Positions 9,683-19,174 of a stretch of DNA of 64,000 bases are shown here, piece by piece. Under the pieces are notes generated by a model. It made no database searches. It was given only the letters and a program-made list of their open reading frames with translations, and was not told where the DNA came from. Source of the stretch: Alphaproteobacteria bacterium (GTDB lineage: Bacteria; Pseudomonadota; Alphaproteobacteria; CALKHQ01); NCBI GenBank assembly GCA_965227515.1, contig CBDDFZ010000001.1, positions 3,872,001-3,936,000 of the forward strand, in the 5' to 3' direction. A program made the translations under genes and the position numbers. The number at the start of each line of letters is the position of its first letter. Position 1 is the stretch's first letter.

Positions 9683-10603
9683 TCAGGTGTCTTTGCCCAG
9701 CAGCGCCGCCACGTCGTCGCGGCGCGCGAGCGACGGCACGACGCCGAGCGTGGTGCAGGCATGGCCGCCGCAGGCAACGGCGTACTCGACCGCGCTTTCC
9801 AGCGGCCGGCCCTTGCCCAGCGCCACCGCCAGCCCGGCATTGAACGCATCGCCGGCACCGGTGGTGTCAACCACATCGACGTCGTGTGCCGGCACCACCC
9901 GGTCGATGTTGTCGCCCAGGATCAGCGCGCCGTTCTCGCCCATGGTGACGATGACGGTACCGACACCGCGTCCGCGCAGCGATGCCGCGAGTTCGCGGGT
10001 CGGGCTCGGGTCGTCGGGCCTCAGGCCCATGAGCACGCGCAGCTCGCTCTCGTTCGGCGTCAGATAATCGATGTGCCGGAAGCACTCCGGCGGCACCTCG
10101 GTCGCCGGCGCCGGGTTCAAGATTGTGCGTGCGCCGGCGGCCTTACCCAGTTCCATCGCACGCACCGCGGCCACCACCGGGATCTCGAGCACGGCCATCA
10201 CGATGTCGCTGGCGGCGATGCGGTCGCGGGCGCGGTCCACGAAGGCGGCATCCATCAGCTCGTTGGCGCCCATGTCCAGGATGATGAAGTTCTCGCCCAC
10301 CGGATTGAGCACGATGAAGCCGACACCGGTGGGCCGCGTATCGGTACGCTCCAGATTGGTCGTGTCGACGCCCTCGGCCGCATAGAGATTGTGGGCGACC
10401 TCGGCCAACTCGTCCGTGCCAACGCACGAGACGAGCGCGGAATTGGCGCCCAGCCGCGCCACGCCGACCGCCTGGTTGGAGCCCTTGCCCCCCGGGCCGA
10501 AGTCGAAGTCCGAGCCGATCAGCGTTTCGCCGAACACCGGCATCTTACCGGTACGGATGGTCAGCCCGACGGCAAAGCTGCCCACCACCGTGATCGTCGT
10601 CAT
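9683..10603 (-). CDS. rbsK: Ribokinase (PfkB family)
   Basis: GGKGSNQA, LNPAPA, TPNESE and DTTGAGDAF motifs. Confidence 0.88.
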   Translation of the reverse strand: MTTITVVGSFAVGLTIRTGKMPVFGETLIGSDFDFGPGGKGSNQAVGVARLGANSALVSCVGTDELAEVAHNLYAAEGVDTTNLERTDTRPTGVGFIVLNPVGENFIILDMGANELMDAAFVDRARDRIAASDIVMAVLEIPVVAAVRAMELGKAAGARTILNPAPATEVPPECFRHIDYLTPNESELRVLMGLRPDDPSPTRELAASLRGRGVGTVIVTMGENGALILGDNIDRVVPAHDVDVVDTTGAGDAFNAGLAVALGKGRPLESAVEYAVACGGHACTTLGVVPSLARRDDVAALLGKDT

Positions 10604-10622
10604 CGCCCCTGCTCCCGTGCGT

Positions 10623-12152
10623 TCACGCCGCTTGGCGCGTTTGGGTGCGCGTGGCCAGCGCCATGATCGCCTCCTCGGTGATGTCGGCGCCCGAGAGCTG
10701 GCCCATCAATGCGCGGTCGGCCATCACCAGCACCCGGCTGGAATGCAGCGTGATCTCGGGCAGCTCCGACGAGATCATCAGGATCGCCATGCCCTCAGCC
10801 GCCAGCTCCTTCAGGATGGCGTAGATCTCCGCCTTGGCACCGACGTCGATGCCTCGGGTCGGCTCGTGCAGGATCAGCACTTTCGGCGCGGTCACCAGCC
10901 CGCGGGCCAGGATGATCTTCTGCTGGTTGCCGCCGCTCAGTGTGCCGATGGTTTGGCGCAGACTGGCGAAGCGCGCGTCGAGCTTGCTGGCGAAGGTTGA
11001 TGCGGTGCGACGGATCGGCCGGCGCTGTAGCACGCCGAAGGGGCTGAACCGTTTCAGCGCGGCGGAGATCGCGTTCTCCATCACCGACATGGTCAGCAGC
11101 GCGCCGGCGCCGCGCCTGTCGGCCGGGATGAATGAAACACCGGCAGCGATGGTGTGGGAGGGCCGGCGGGGCGCCAGCCGGATGCCGGCGACCAGAACCT
11201 CGCCCCCGCGCGCAGCCAGCCCGAAGATCGCGTCGGCCAGAATGTCCTTGCCGCTGTCGGGAAGGCCGGCAACGCCGACGATCTCGCCGGCCGACACATC
11301 GAAACTGACGTCGTCCACCATTCCGGGCACGTGCAGGTGGCGCACCTGCAGCACCTCGTCGCCGATGTTGGCGTGAGCCTCGGGCGTCAGCGCGTACTGG
11401 TGCGCAGTGTCCATCGCCCTGCCCACCATGTGGCGCACCAGGTCGTCGACCGCCACGGTGCCGTCGTTGTCCAGGGTGGTCACGAGCTGGCCGTCGCGCA
11501 TGACGCTGATGCGGTCGGCGAGGCCCAGCACCTCCTCCAGGTGATGGGAGACGTAGATCACCGTCACGCCGTCGTCGCGCAGCGCGCGGACCACGTCGAA
11601 CAGGCGTGCGCTCTCGCGAGGCGAGAGCGCCGAGTTGGGCTCGTCGAGCACCAGGATGCGTACGTTCTGGGAGATCGCGCGGGCAATCTCCACCATCTGT
11701 TGTTGCGCGACGCTGAGGTCGGCCACCGGGCGGGCGGGGTCGAGATCGCCCATGCCCAGCCGCGCCAGCGGCTCGCGGGCCGCGCCGACCGCCCGGCCCC
11801 GGTTCAACAACGACAGCGGCCGGCGACCGGCGAGCGCCGGCAGCAGCACGTTCTCGCCAACGCTGAGGTTGCGGCACAGCGACAGTTCCTGGAACACCAT
11901 GCCGATGCCCTGGGCCTGGCTGGCCAGCGGGCTCGGAAAAATCGTGACCTTGCCGTCGACCGCGATCTCACCCGTGACCGGCTGCAACTCGCCGGCCAGG
12001 ATGTTCATCATCGTGCTCTTGCCGGCGCCGTTCTCGCCGATGACGGCATGCACTTCGCCGGGCCGGAAGTCGATGGACACCCCGTCCATCGCCACCACGC
12101 CCGGGAAGGTGCGGGTGACGTTCGTCAGCTTCAGGATCGGCTCGGGCACCAT
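10623..12152 (-). CDS. Sugar ABC transporter ATP-binding protein (RbsA-type)
   Basis: GENGAGKST Walker A, LSGGNQQK, EPTRGIDVGAK. Confidence 0.93.
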   Translation of the reverse strand: MVPEPILKLTNVTRTFPGVVAMDGVSIDFRPGEVHAVIGENGAGKSTMMNILAGELQPVTGEIAVDGKVTIFPSPLASQAQGIGMVFQELSLCRNLSVGENVLLPALAGRRPLSLLNRGRAVGAAREPLARLGMGDLDPARPVADLSVAQQQMVEIARAISQNVRILVLDEPNSALSPRESARLFDVVRALRDDGVTVIYVSHHLEEVLGLADRISVMRDGQLVTTLDNDGTVAVDDLVRHMVGRAMDTAHQYALTPEAHANIGDEVLQVRHLHVPGMVDDVSFDVSAGEIVGVAGLPDSGKDILADAIFGLAARGGEVLVAGIRLAPRRPSHTIAAGVSFIPADRRGAGALLTMSVMENAISAALKRFSPFGVLQRRPIRRTASTFASKLDARFASLRQTIGTLSGGNQQKIILARGLVTAPKVLILHEPTRGIDVGAKAEIYAILKELAAEGMAILMISSELPEITLHSSRVLVMADRALMGQLSGADITEEAIMALATRTQTRQAA

Positions 12153-12225
12153 GGCGTCAGCGTGAGGCAACGGAAGGCGGCGGGCGCCCCGGAACACGAG
12201 GTCCCGAAGCGCCCGGTCTTGCCGC

Positions 12226-13197
12226 CTACTGGACTTCGGCGATGTTGTCGGCGGTGTAGATGCCGACGCCGGTGTCCATGTCGTCGATGGTCTCGCCGTT
12301 CAGGAACTGCACCAGCAGGTTGACGGCCTCGAAGCCCTGGCGCTCGGGCGCCTGGTCGATGGTCGCCTGCACCACGCCGTCGGCCACCAGCTCGACGGTC
12401 TGGTCCAGCAGGTCGAAGCCGACCACCTTGACCTCGCCGGTGCGGCCGTTGCGGTCCACCCACTCGCCGGCGGCCGGGGTGGAGCAGCACTCCAGCGACA
12501 GAATACCGGTGATGTCCGGATCGCCGAGCATGGCGTTCTCGATCGCCGCATAGATCTCCTGCGGATCGGTGCCGGTGTTCAGGGTGCGCGCCACTTCGAT
12601 GCCGTCATGCGCCTCCAGCGCCTCGCGGGCGCCGCCCTCGCGGTCCAGCGACCACTGTGCCGCGGCGTCCAGCGTGGTGATCAGCACCCGGCCCTCGCCG
12701 CCCAACACCTCGGCCATCAGCATGCCCGCCTCGCGGCCCGACTGCACCAGATCCTGGCCGGCGAACACCAGCCGGTCGCTGTCCGGATTGTCGGTGTTGT
12801 AGGTGATGACCGGAATACCCTCGGCCACCACGCGGTTGATCAAGGGCGCCAGCGCGTCGGTCGACACCGACGAGATCGCCAGCCCGTCGATCGTGCCCAT
12901 CAGCGTCTCGATCTCGGAGATCTGAGCGTCGGCATCTGCACCGACCGGCCCGATCATCCGCGCGCTAACCCCGTCCATCTCGTTGCCGCGTTCGACGCCG
13001 GCACGGATGAACGGCGCGAACTCGTTGGAAACGTCATGGTAGGAGACCAGGATGGTCAGTTCCTCGCCGGCGGCCACCTTCTCGGCGATGCGCGGTGCCA
13101 GTTCGAAATCGGACACGTTGACCGGGTCCGCCAGAGCGGCGGCCGGACCGGCGAACAGGGCCAGCGCGGCGGCGGCCCCCAGATACTGCTTCTTCAT
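12226..13197 (-). CDS. Sugar ABC transporter substrate-binding protein
   Basis: Signal peptide; GIPVITYNTD, VVGFD and ATIDQ motifs; GAGGAGG RBS. Confidence 0.92.
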   Translation of the reverse strand: MKKQYLGAAAALALFAGPAAALADPVNVSDFELAPRIAEKVAAGEELTILVSYHDVSNEFAPFIRAGVERGNEMDGVSARMIGPVGADADAQISEIETLMGTIDGLAISSVSTDALAPLINRVVAEGIPVITYNTDNPDSDRLVFAGQDLVQSGREAGMLMAEVLGGEGRVLITTLDAAAQWSLDREGGAREALEAHDGIEVARTLNTGTDPQEIYAAIENAMLGDPDITGILSLECCSTPAAGEWVDRNGRTGEVKVVGFDLLDQTVELVADGVVQATIDQAPERQGFEAVNLLVQFLNGETIDDMDTGVGIYTADNIAEVQ

Positions 13198-13262
13198 GCG
13201 CGTTCCTCCTCAGGTTTGGTTGTTGGTTGGAGTTGGGTTCGGGTCGTGGGTTTCGGCGGCGC

Positions 13263-14321
13263 TCAGGTCGCCCTGATGCGCGTGCTCCACTTGTCGATGG
13301 CGACTGCGATGATGATGACGAGGCCGATCATGACCTCCTGCATGAACGGCGAGACGCCCAGCAGCACCAATCCGTTCCTGAGCACGCCGATGATCAGCAC
13401 GCCCAGCACGGTGCCGAGAACGGTGCCGATGCCGCCGGCGAGCGACGCGCCGCCGACCACCACGGCGGCGATCACGTCGAGCTCCAGCCCCAGCCCGGTG
13501 CGGCCGGCCTGCCCGCTTGGCAGGAAGGCGAGCGAGAGGATGCCGGCCAGTGCCGCCAGGACCCCCATAACAATCAGCGACCAGATCTTGGTGGTCTCGA
13601 CATGGATGCCGGACACCCGCGCCGCCTTGGCGCTGCCGCCGACCGCGAAGATGCGGAAGCCGAACGAGGTGCGGGCGAGCACGAACCAGCCGATCAGCGC
13701 GACTGCGATGAAGAAGACGAGCTGCATCGGGATCGCACCGAACAAATAGCCCTGCCCCATGGCCTCGAAGCTGGCCAGCGTGTCCGGGTCGGCGCCATTG
13801 CGCTCGTTGACCGTCACCGGTTGACCATCGGTCATCAACAGCGCCGTGCCGCGGATGATCGACATCATGCCCAGGGTGGTGATCAGCGAGGGCAGACGGC
13901 CGTAGGTGGAGAGCGCCCCGTTTATCGCGCCAATGATCGCACCACAGACCAGGCCCACCGCAACCGCGGGCACCAGGCCCCAGCCGTCGACGATCAGCAT
14001 GCCGGTGGACAACCCGGCCAGCGCATAGGTGGAGCCGACCGAAAGGTCGATCTCGCCGGAAATCAGCACGAAGCTCATGCCGACCGCCATGATGCCGAGC
14101 AGTGATATCTGGCGGCCGACGTTCAGCAGGTTGCCGGTGGTGAGAAAGCTTTCGGTGGCGATCGCCAGGAAGATGCACATCACCACCAGCGCCAGGAACA
14201 CGCCGGTCTCCTTGGCCGAGAAGAAGCGCACCAGCAACGGAACACGCCGCTCCGGCGCTCGCGCCCCCGCACCTTTGGCGCCCAACCGCGCCATCCCGGC
14301 CTCTTCAGTCCCGCTGGTCAC
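13263..14321 (-). CDS. Sugar ABC transporter permease
   Basis: GEIDLSVGS, FAVGG, ELDVIAAVVVGGASLAGG motifs. Confidence 0.93.
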   Translation of the reverse strand: MTSGTEEAGMARLGAKGAGARAPERRVPLLVRFFSAKETGVFLALVVMCIFLAIATESFLTTGNLLNVGRQISLLGIMAVGMSFVLISGEIDLSVGSTYALAGLSTGMLIVDGWGLVPAVAVGLVCGAIIGAINGALSTYGRLPSLITTLGMMSIIRGTALLMTDGQPVTVNERNGADPDTLASFEAMGQGYLFGAIPMQLVFFIAVALIGWFVLARTSFGFRIFAVGGSAKAARVSGIHVETTKIWSLIVMGVLAALAGILSLAFLPSGQAGRTGLGLELDVIAAVVVGGASLAGGIGTVLGTVLGVLIIGVLRNGLVLLGVSPFMQEVMIGLVIIIAVAIDKWSTRIRAT

Positions 14322-15082
14322 TCGGCGGCCATGAAGCTTCCGGCCGCCACGGGCTTCATTTCATGGTAGGCGCCGTAATCTCGCACCTGCATGAACGGCG
14401 CGTTGGCAACCGCGTTGTAGGAGCAGATATAGCCCCACCGGTAGGTATCGCTGGGGTTGGCGTCGGAGCGGTGCAGCAGGTTGCAGTGGAACACCAGCGC
14501 ATCGCCGGCCTCCATCTCGACATAGACGCGCTCGTAACGCTCGATCGCCGCGTCCAGGTATGCCTGGACCACGTTGGTCTGGCCGTTCTCGCGCACATGG
14601 TCGAGGCGGCCGAGCTGGTGCGAACCCTTCAGAACCTGCAGGCAGCCATTGGCTTTGTTCGAGGGATCGAGTGCGATCCAGATCGACAGCATGTCGGGCG
14701 CCAGGCAGCCGTAGTTGTGCCAGTAGCCGAAGTCCTGGTGCCACTCCCAGGCGCCGCCATCGCGCGGCTGCTTCATCGTCATCTTGTGGCTGTAGAGATA
14801 GGCGTCGCTGCCGATCAGCGCCTCCGCCATGTAGACCAGGCGCTCGTCGCGGGCGAGCATGCCGAACTTGTCGTCGCCGGCGGTGTTCCACATCTTCAAC
14901 AGCGTCTTGTTGCCGGCCCCGTCACCCTTCTCCATCACCCCGCCGGCCGCGCGCGCGGCCTCGAGATAGCGCCGGGAGGCATCGCGGAAGTCGGTCACCT
15001 CGACCTGACTCAAGAAGCCCGGTCGGACGAAATACCCGTCGGCCGCGTAGGCGAGGGTCTCCGACTTGGTGGGAACGAGCAT
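14318..15082 (-). CDS. Phytanoyl-CoA dioxygenase family Fe(II)/2-oxoglutarate dioxygenase
   Basis: WHQD, WIALD, NGCL, GSH and LLHRSDAN...R motifs. Confidence 0.9.
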   Translation of the reverse strand: MLVPTKSETLAYAADGYFVRPGFLSQVEVTDFRDASRRYLEAARAAGGVMEKGDGAGNKTLLKMWNTAGDDKFGMLARDERLVYMAEALIGSDAYLYSHKMTMKQPRDGGAWEWHQDFGYWHNYGCLAPDMLSIWIALDPSNKANGCLQVLKGSHQLGRLDHVRENGQTNVVQAYLDAAIERYERVYVEMEAGDALVFHCNLLHRSDANPSDTYRWGYICSYNAVANAPFMQVRDYGAYHEMKPVAAGSFMAAE

Positions 15083-15281
15083 CGAAGTCTCCGTGTGAAA
15101 CCGGGTGGTGTTGCGGGCGCGGCGGCGGCCATCGGGCGGTTCGGCGGCCCTCGCCCAAGACCTGTCGCGGAACAGGATCATGTTCCGGGTGCGCATCCCC
15201 GCGCCCCGTGAGGCACGAGTTTATGCCAAGCGTGCGGCGAAATGAATGCAAGCGACAATCATTTGCATGTATAGAACGCGC

Positions 15282-16133
15282 ATGAAGCAAGCCCTCTCAG
15301 AACCGCGCATCCGCGCCTCCTATCACCGGCCGCCGAGCCCGGCGATGGCGGCGGCCGGGGCATGCATACTGCGCGCCGGTTGGCTGGACGCGGCGCCGGG
15401 CGGCGGCATCCGCCGCGAGACCTGCCCCGGCGACGACGTGCTCTACTGCGTGTCCGGCCACGGGCGGATCGACGTGTGCGGGCGGCGCTTCGCGGTGGCA
15501 CCCGGCGAGATGGCGTGGATCGCGGGCGACGGTCCGCATGGCCACGTGGCCGACAGCAAGTCGCCCTGGTCGGTGATGTGGTTTCGCATGCAGACCCCCG
15601 ACACACCGGCATTGCGACGTCGGTTGCTGATGTCGGACACCCCGGTGATCGCGGTCGGCGAAGCGGCGCAGTTGGTCGCGTGGTTCGAGAACCTGTTCGA
15701 CACCATGGCGGCGCCGGGCGACGACATCGACCTGCGCCTCAATGCCGCCGTCGGCGAGTTCCTGATGCTGGTCGGGCGTCAGCAGCGGCCGGGTGCGCTG
15801 GCGCAATCGCCGGCGGGCTTCGACCGCCTGCGCCGGGCCATCCGCGCCAATCCGCAGCAGCGCTGGAGCGCCGCCGACATGGAGGTGACCGCTGGCCTCA
15901 GCGCCTCGCAGTTGCGGCGCCTGTTCCGACGCCACATGGCCACGACGCCACGAGGTTACCTGCGCCGGGAGCGCATCTCCCGCGCGCAGTTCATGATGCT
16001 GGACACGACAACCCCGATCGGCGAGGTCGCGATCGCGTGCGGGTTCTCGGACCCTTATCACTTCAGCCGCGATTTCGCGCGCGTGGTGGGCACGAGCCCG
16101 TCGGCGTGGCGTCGGGCCGAGCGCCAGATCTAA
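15282..16133 (+). CDS. AraC family transcriptional regulator
   Basis: N-terminal cupin-like arm; C-terminal VAIACGFSDPYHFSRDFARVVGTSPSAWR; divergent from the sugar cluster; start uncertain. Confidence 0.88.
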   Translation: MKQALSEPRIRASYHRPPSPAMAAAGACILRAGWLDAAPGGGIRRETCPGDDVLYCVSGHGRIDVCGRRFAVAPGEMAWIAGDGPHGHVADSKSPWSVMWFRMQTPDTPALRRRLLMSDTPVIAVGEAAQLVAWFENLFDTMAAPGDDIDLRLNAAVGEFLMLVGRQQRPGALAQSPAGFDRLRRAIRANPQQRWSAADMEVTAGLSASQLRRLFRRHMATTPRGYLRRERISRAQFMMLDTTTPIGEVAIACGFSDPYHFSRDFARVVGTSPSAWRRAERQI

Positions 16134-16152
16134 CCGGCTGCTACCCTCGCAG

Positions 16153-16181
16153 TGGAGAGATCACCAACGGCGATCTCTCCA
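16153..16181. terminator. Hairpin between convergent genes
   Basis: TGGAGAGATC-N9-GATCTCTCCA inverted repeat. Confidence 0.4.
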
Positions 16182-16235
16182 AGGCCGCTCGCATTGCTTG
16201 GGGTCCGGTTCATTGGGCCAGGACCGAAACTGCAC

Positions 16236-17261
16236 TCATCCATCGGTCGCTTCGGTTGCGGCTTGTTTCCGGTTCTCGCCGTTCAGGTAGTCTTCGACAT
16301 AGACCATGCGCGTCAGCGTCATGCAGGCCGCGGCGATCGGTGTCGCCAGCATCAAGCCAAAAATCCCAAACAGGATGCCGAACAGGATTTGGACCGTGAT
16401 CGTCAGTGCCGGAGGCAGGGAGACCATCTCGCGTTGCACAATTGGCGTGACGACGTAGGTCTCGATCGCCTGCACCGCCAAATAGACGCCAATCACCCAG
16501 ATGACGGTCTCGGTCCCGAAGGCCAACGCCAGAAGGATGCCCGGCACCATGGACAGGATCGGGCCGATGTTGGGAATGAAGGCAAAGAATCCGGCAATCA
16601 GGCCCAGCATCGGCGCCAGCGGGATGCCGAGGATCCACATGCCGATCCAGGTCAGGACGCCGACCGTCGTCATCGCCAACAATTGGGCGGCAAGCCAGCG
16701 CCGCAGCGTCGACGCGGTCGCGTGCATGACCTCTTCCGCCCGGTCGCGAATGGACGGCGCGAAAAGAAGGCGGATACCGCGTACATACAGACCCGGGTTG
16801 ATGGCCATGTAGATACCGACGATCAGAATCACGACGACATGGCCAAACGCGCCGAATGTTGCCGCGGCAGCCGAAGCGACGCCGCTGCCGCCGCTTTGCA
16901 GCAACCCCTCGGGTCTAAGCTGGTCCAGCAGGTCCGGACCCCAACTGTACTTTCTGATCTCGTCGGCGATCGCATTGGCCGCCTGAGGGATGCGGATCAT
17001 GATCTCGTCGAACTGCTCCGATATGAACGGAACCGCGACGAAACCGATGACGACCCCTGTCGCTGCAATCGCAACGGCGAAGGCCGCCATGCCCCACATG
17101 GCGCCAATCTTGAGCTTGTTTGCAATCCAGTCGCCGCCACCACGCAGGAACAGGCCGAGCAGGATTCCGGCGAATACGACAAGTGGAACGTCCGGCGCGA
17201 TAATGAGGACTGCAACCAGCACACCACTGGCGACAGCGAGCGATACGGATCGACGGGTCAC
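16236..17261 (-). CDS. AI-2E family transporter
   Basis: FIPNIGP, QAIETYVVTP, LPPA and GLMLATP motifs; start uncertain (GTG 17261 or further upstream). Confidence 0.85.
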   Translation of the reverse strand: MTRRSVSLAVASGVLVAVLIIAPDVPLVVFAGILLGLFLRGGGDWIANKLKIGAMWGMAAFAVAIAATGVVIGFVAVPFISEQFDEIMIRIPQAANAIADEIRKYSWGPDLLDQLRPEGLLQSGGSGVASAAAATFGAFGHVVVILIVGIYMAINPGLYVRGIRLLFAPSIRDRAEEVMHATASTLRRWLAAQLLAMTTVGVLTWIGMWILGIPLAPMLGLIAGFFAFIPNIGPILSMVPGILLALAFGTETVIWVIGVYLAVQAIETYVVTPIVQREMVSLPPALTITVQILFGILFGIFGLMLATPIAAACMTLTRMVYVEDYLNGENRKQAATEATDG

Positions 17262-17546
17262 TGCGCTCAACTCGGTAACTGCATGCGTCGGTAGCCCCCT
17301 TTGGTCGACTGCTACCGACGATGTTCCCACCACGTGCACCGAATGGCAAGCGAGGGGCCGTACAGGGCGTACCGCGATGCATCTCGACTCCTGACAGCGC
17401 GGGACGCTATCGCGCGGCAATGGCATGCATCGTGATTATCGCCATTGGGCCGCGATACCAACTGCAGCTCCGCGACCTCGGCGCCTTCCACCGGCAGAGC
17501 GCTGTCTGCCTGTCATGCCGTGACGAGCACATCATCCGGCCGAACG

Positions 17547-17588
17547 CGCCGCCCGGTGCGCTACGCCAACCAGCTACCGGCTGCAGTC
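17547..17588 (+). pseudogene. IS481 transposase 5' fragment (relic)
   Basis: 39/42 nt identical to 19426-19467, encoding RRPVRYANQLPAAV; all three differences are synonymous. Confidence 0.75.
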
Positions 17589-17805
17589 ATCATGAACCCG
17601 CCATCAAGCTACAACGGCGGGCAGCAGCACCCGATTCAGGGCGGCGGCAGGCAACGCCGCTTGTCCGCGCAGGTAAGATTGATGACGGCGGAAGAGGAGT
17701 TGCAAGGCCTGGAACGGCACTTCGTCGGTGCGAGCTGGCCTTCTCACGCTGCGCCTCCTGGCAGCGGGAACACCGCACCGGAATCGTCCGGCCTGGCCCT
17801 TGCGA

Positions 17806-18831
17806 TCACAGTTTCTTCAGGAAGGGGAGAAGATCGGTGGAGTCCGGCCGGGAGGCGATCGAGATATCGCCGGAAGCGCGGTCCTGCGAGCGTGTCCCGA
17901 CGATGCTTCCCGGGCTGAAGCCGAATTTCCTCTGGAACTCGCGGCTGAAATGACTGACCGAGGAGAAGCCCCAGGCATCCGCGGCGCGGCTGACGGCCCC
18001 GCGGGGCGCCTCGGTGAAGGCGAGTGAGGTCAGCGCCGCGTTCAGGCGCCGCGCGGTGATGTAGCGATGGAGCCCGCCATCTGGCTCCAGCTCTCGATAG
18101 AGGGACGACCGCGACAGCCCGAACTCGGCGCAGATGGCATCCGCGGTCAGCTGGTCAGACTGCAGATTCTGCGCAATGTGGTCGCGTATCGCCTGTCGCC
18201 GCGCAGCGACGAACGCCGGGGCGGTGGGGTCGCTGGCCGCGGCGAAGAACGCCCCGCGCAGCAGCCCGACCAGTCCGCCGGCGATGGCCGACTGCTCCGC
18301 CTTGGTGATGGTCTCGACTTGCCGGAAGATGCCGATGAGCGTGTTGCGCAGGACGCGGCCCATGACCCCGTCTTGCGAGATGCTCATATATGCAGGATGC
18401 CGGCTTCGGTCGTAGCCGACGAGATCGTGGGCAACGAGCACGCTGACGACTTGAATGTTTGTCCCACGGGCCTGGGACGGGCGCGAGAAGTCCCGGATGC
18501 ACATATCGCCGGGTCTCGCGATGAACGACTGCCCATCCATCTCCAGGTGATGCTCGCCGGCCCGAAACAGCTGGACCAGCAGGCAATCGGACACGTGGTT
18601 GTCGATGTGTTTCTTGTCGCGGACAAACAGCACGCTTTCGTACGCAACCCTGGTGAGGACCAGATTGTCCAGCAGCCAGGCGTCCGCCATGTCCACCACC
18701 GCCTTGCCATTGGCGAGCGGCGAAACATTGTACATCGGGCGCACGAGATCGGCCCACATGTCGAGCCGCTGCTCGTTCGAGACCCCGTCCAGAACAAGCC
18801 CTACCCGGTCGAGCTTTGGCGTTTCCGTCAT
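17806..18831 (-). CDS. AraC family regulator (FeaR-like ligand domain plus HTH)
   Basis: ICAEFGLSRSSLYR and WGFSSVSHFSREFQRKFGFSPG. Confidence 0.85.
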   Translation of the reverse strand: MTETPKLDRVGLVLDGVSNEQRLDMWADLVRPMYNVSPLANGKAVVDMADAWLLDNLVLTRVAYESVLFVRDKKHIDNHVSDCLLVQLFRAGEHHLEMDGQSFIARPGDMCIRDFSRPSQARGTNIQVVSVLVAHDLVGYDRSRHPAYMSISQDGVMGRVLRNTLIGIFRQVETITKAEQSAIAGGLVGLLRGAFFAAASDPTAPAFVAARRQAIRDHIAQNLQSDQLTADAICAEFGLSRSSLYRELEPDGGLHRYITARRLNAALTSLAFTEAPRGAVSRAADAWGFSSVSHFSREFQRKFGFSPGSIVGTRSQDRASGDISIASRPDSTDLLPFLKKL

Positions 18832-19122
18832 CTGCGATCCGTCGTCACCTATCGACGACAGGCCGAAGCGGCGCGCCACTTTCGGGGCCGCAGATCATGC
18901 GCGAGGTGTTGTGGAAGGCTTGCATGGGCAAACGCTCCCGCTTCGAAATGGCGCCTTTGTTGGATGCGGACAAGCCGCAGCAAATTCGATTGCCCAAATA
19001 GCTGTCGGCCCTGCGAATACAACCCAGGGGCAGTAAATGTACCAATCGCCAAACCGATAAGTCTAGTCCGGGCAACATGGTCGGCGCGCCCGGCGGCGCT
19101 ACAAGGCCCCGGGCATGGGGAT

Positions 19123-19172
19123 ATCACCGATGTCTTGGGTACAAATCGCCGCCCATGCGTGCGGGCCGGACA
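19123..19172 (+). mobile_element. Degenerate IS481 right end (relic)
   Basis: 37/50 nt match to the intact IS right end at 20421-20470, ending CGGACA. Confidence 0.7.
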
Positions 19173-19174
19173 AT

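Noticed and set aside
13205-13255. Low-complexity GT-rich tract
   Set aside because: It is the A/C-rich unstructured leader before the binding-protein RBS on the minus strand, not a repeat element.
17445-17918. 157-aa ORF containing a transposase-like peptide
   Set aside because: Only 14 residues match the transposase and the rest looks non-coding; recorded as an IS relic instead.
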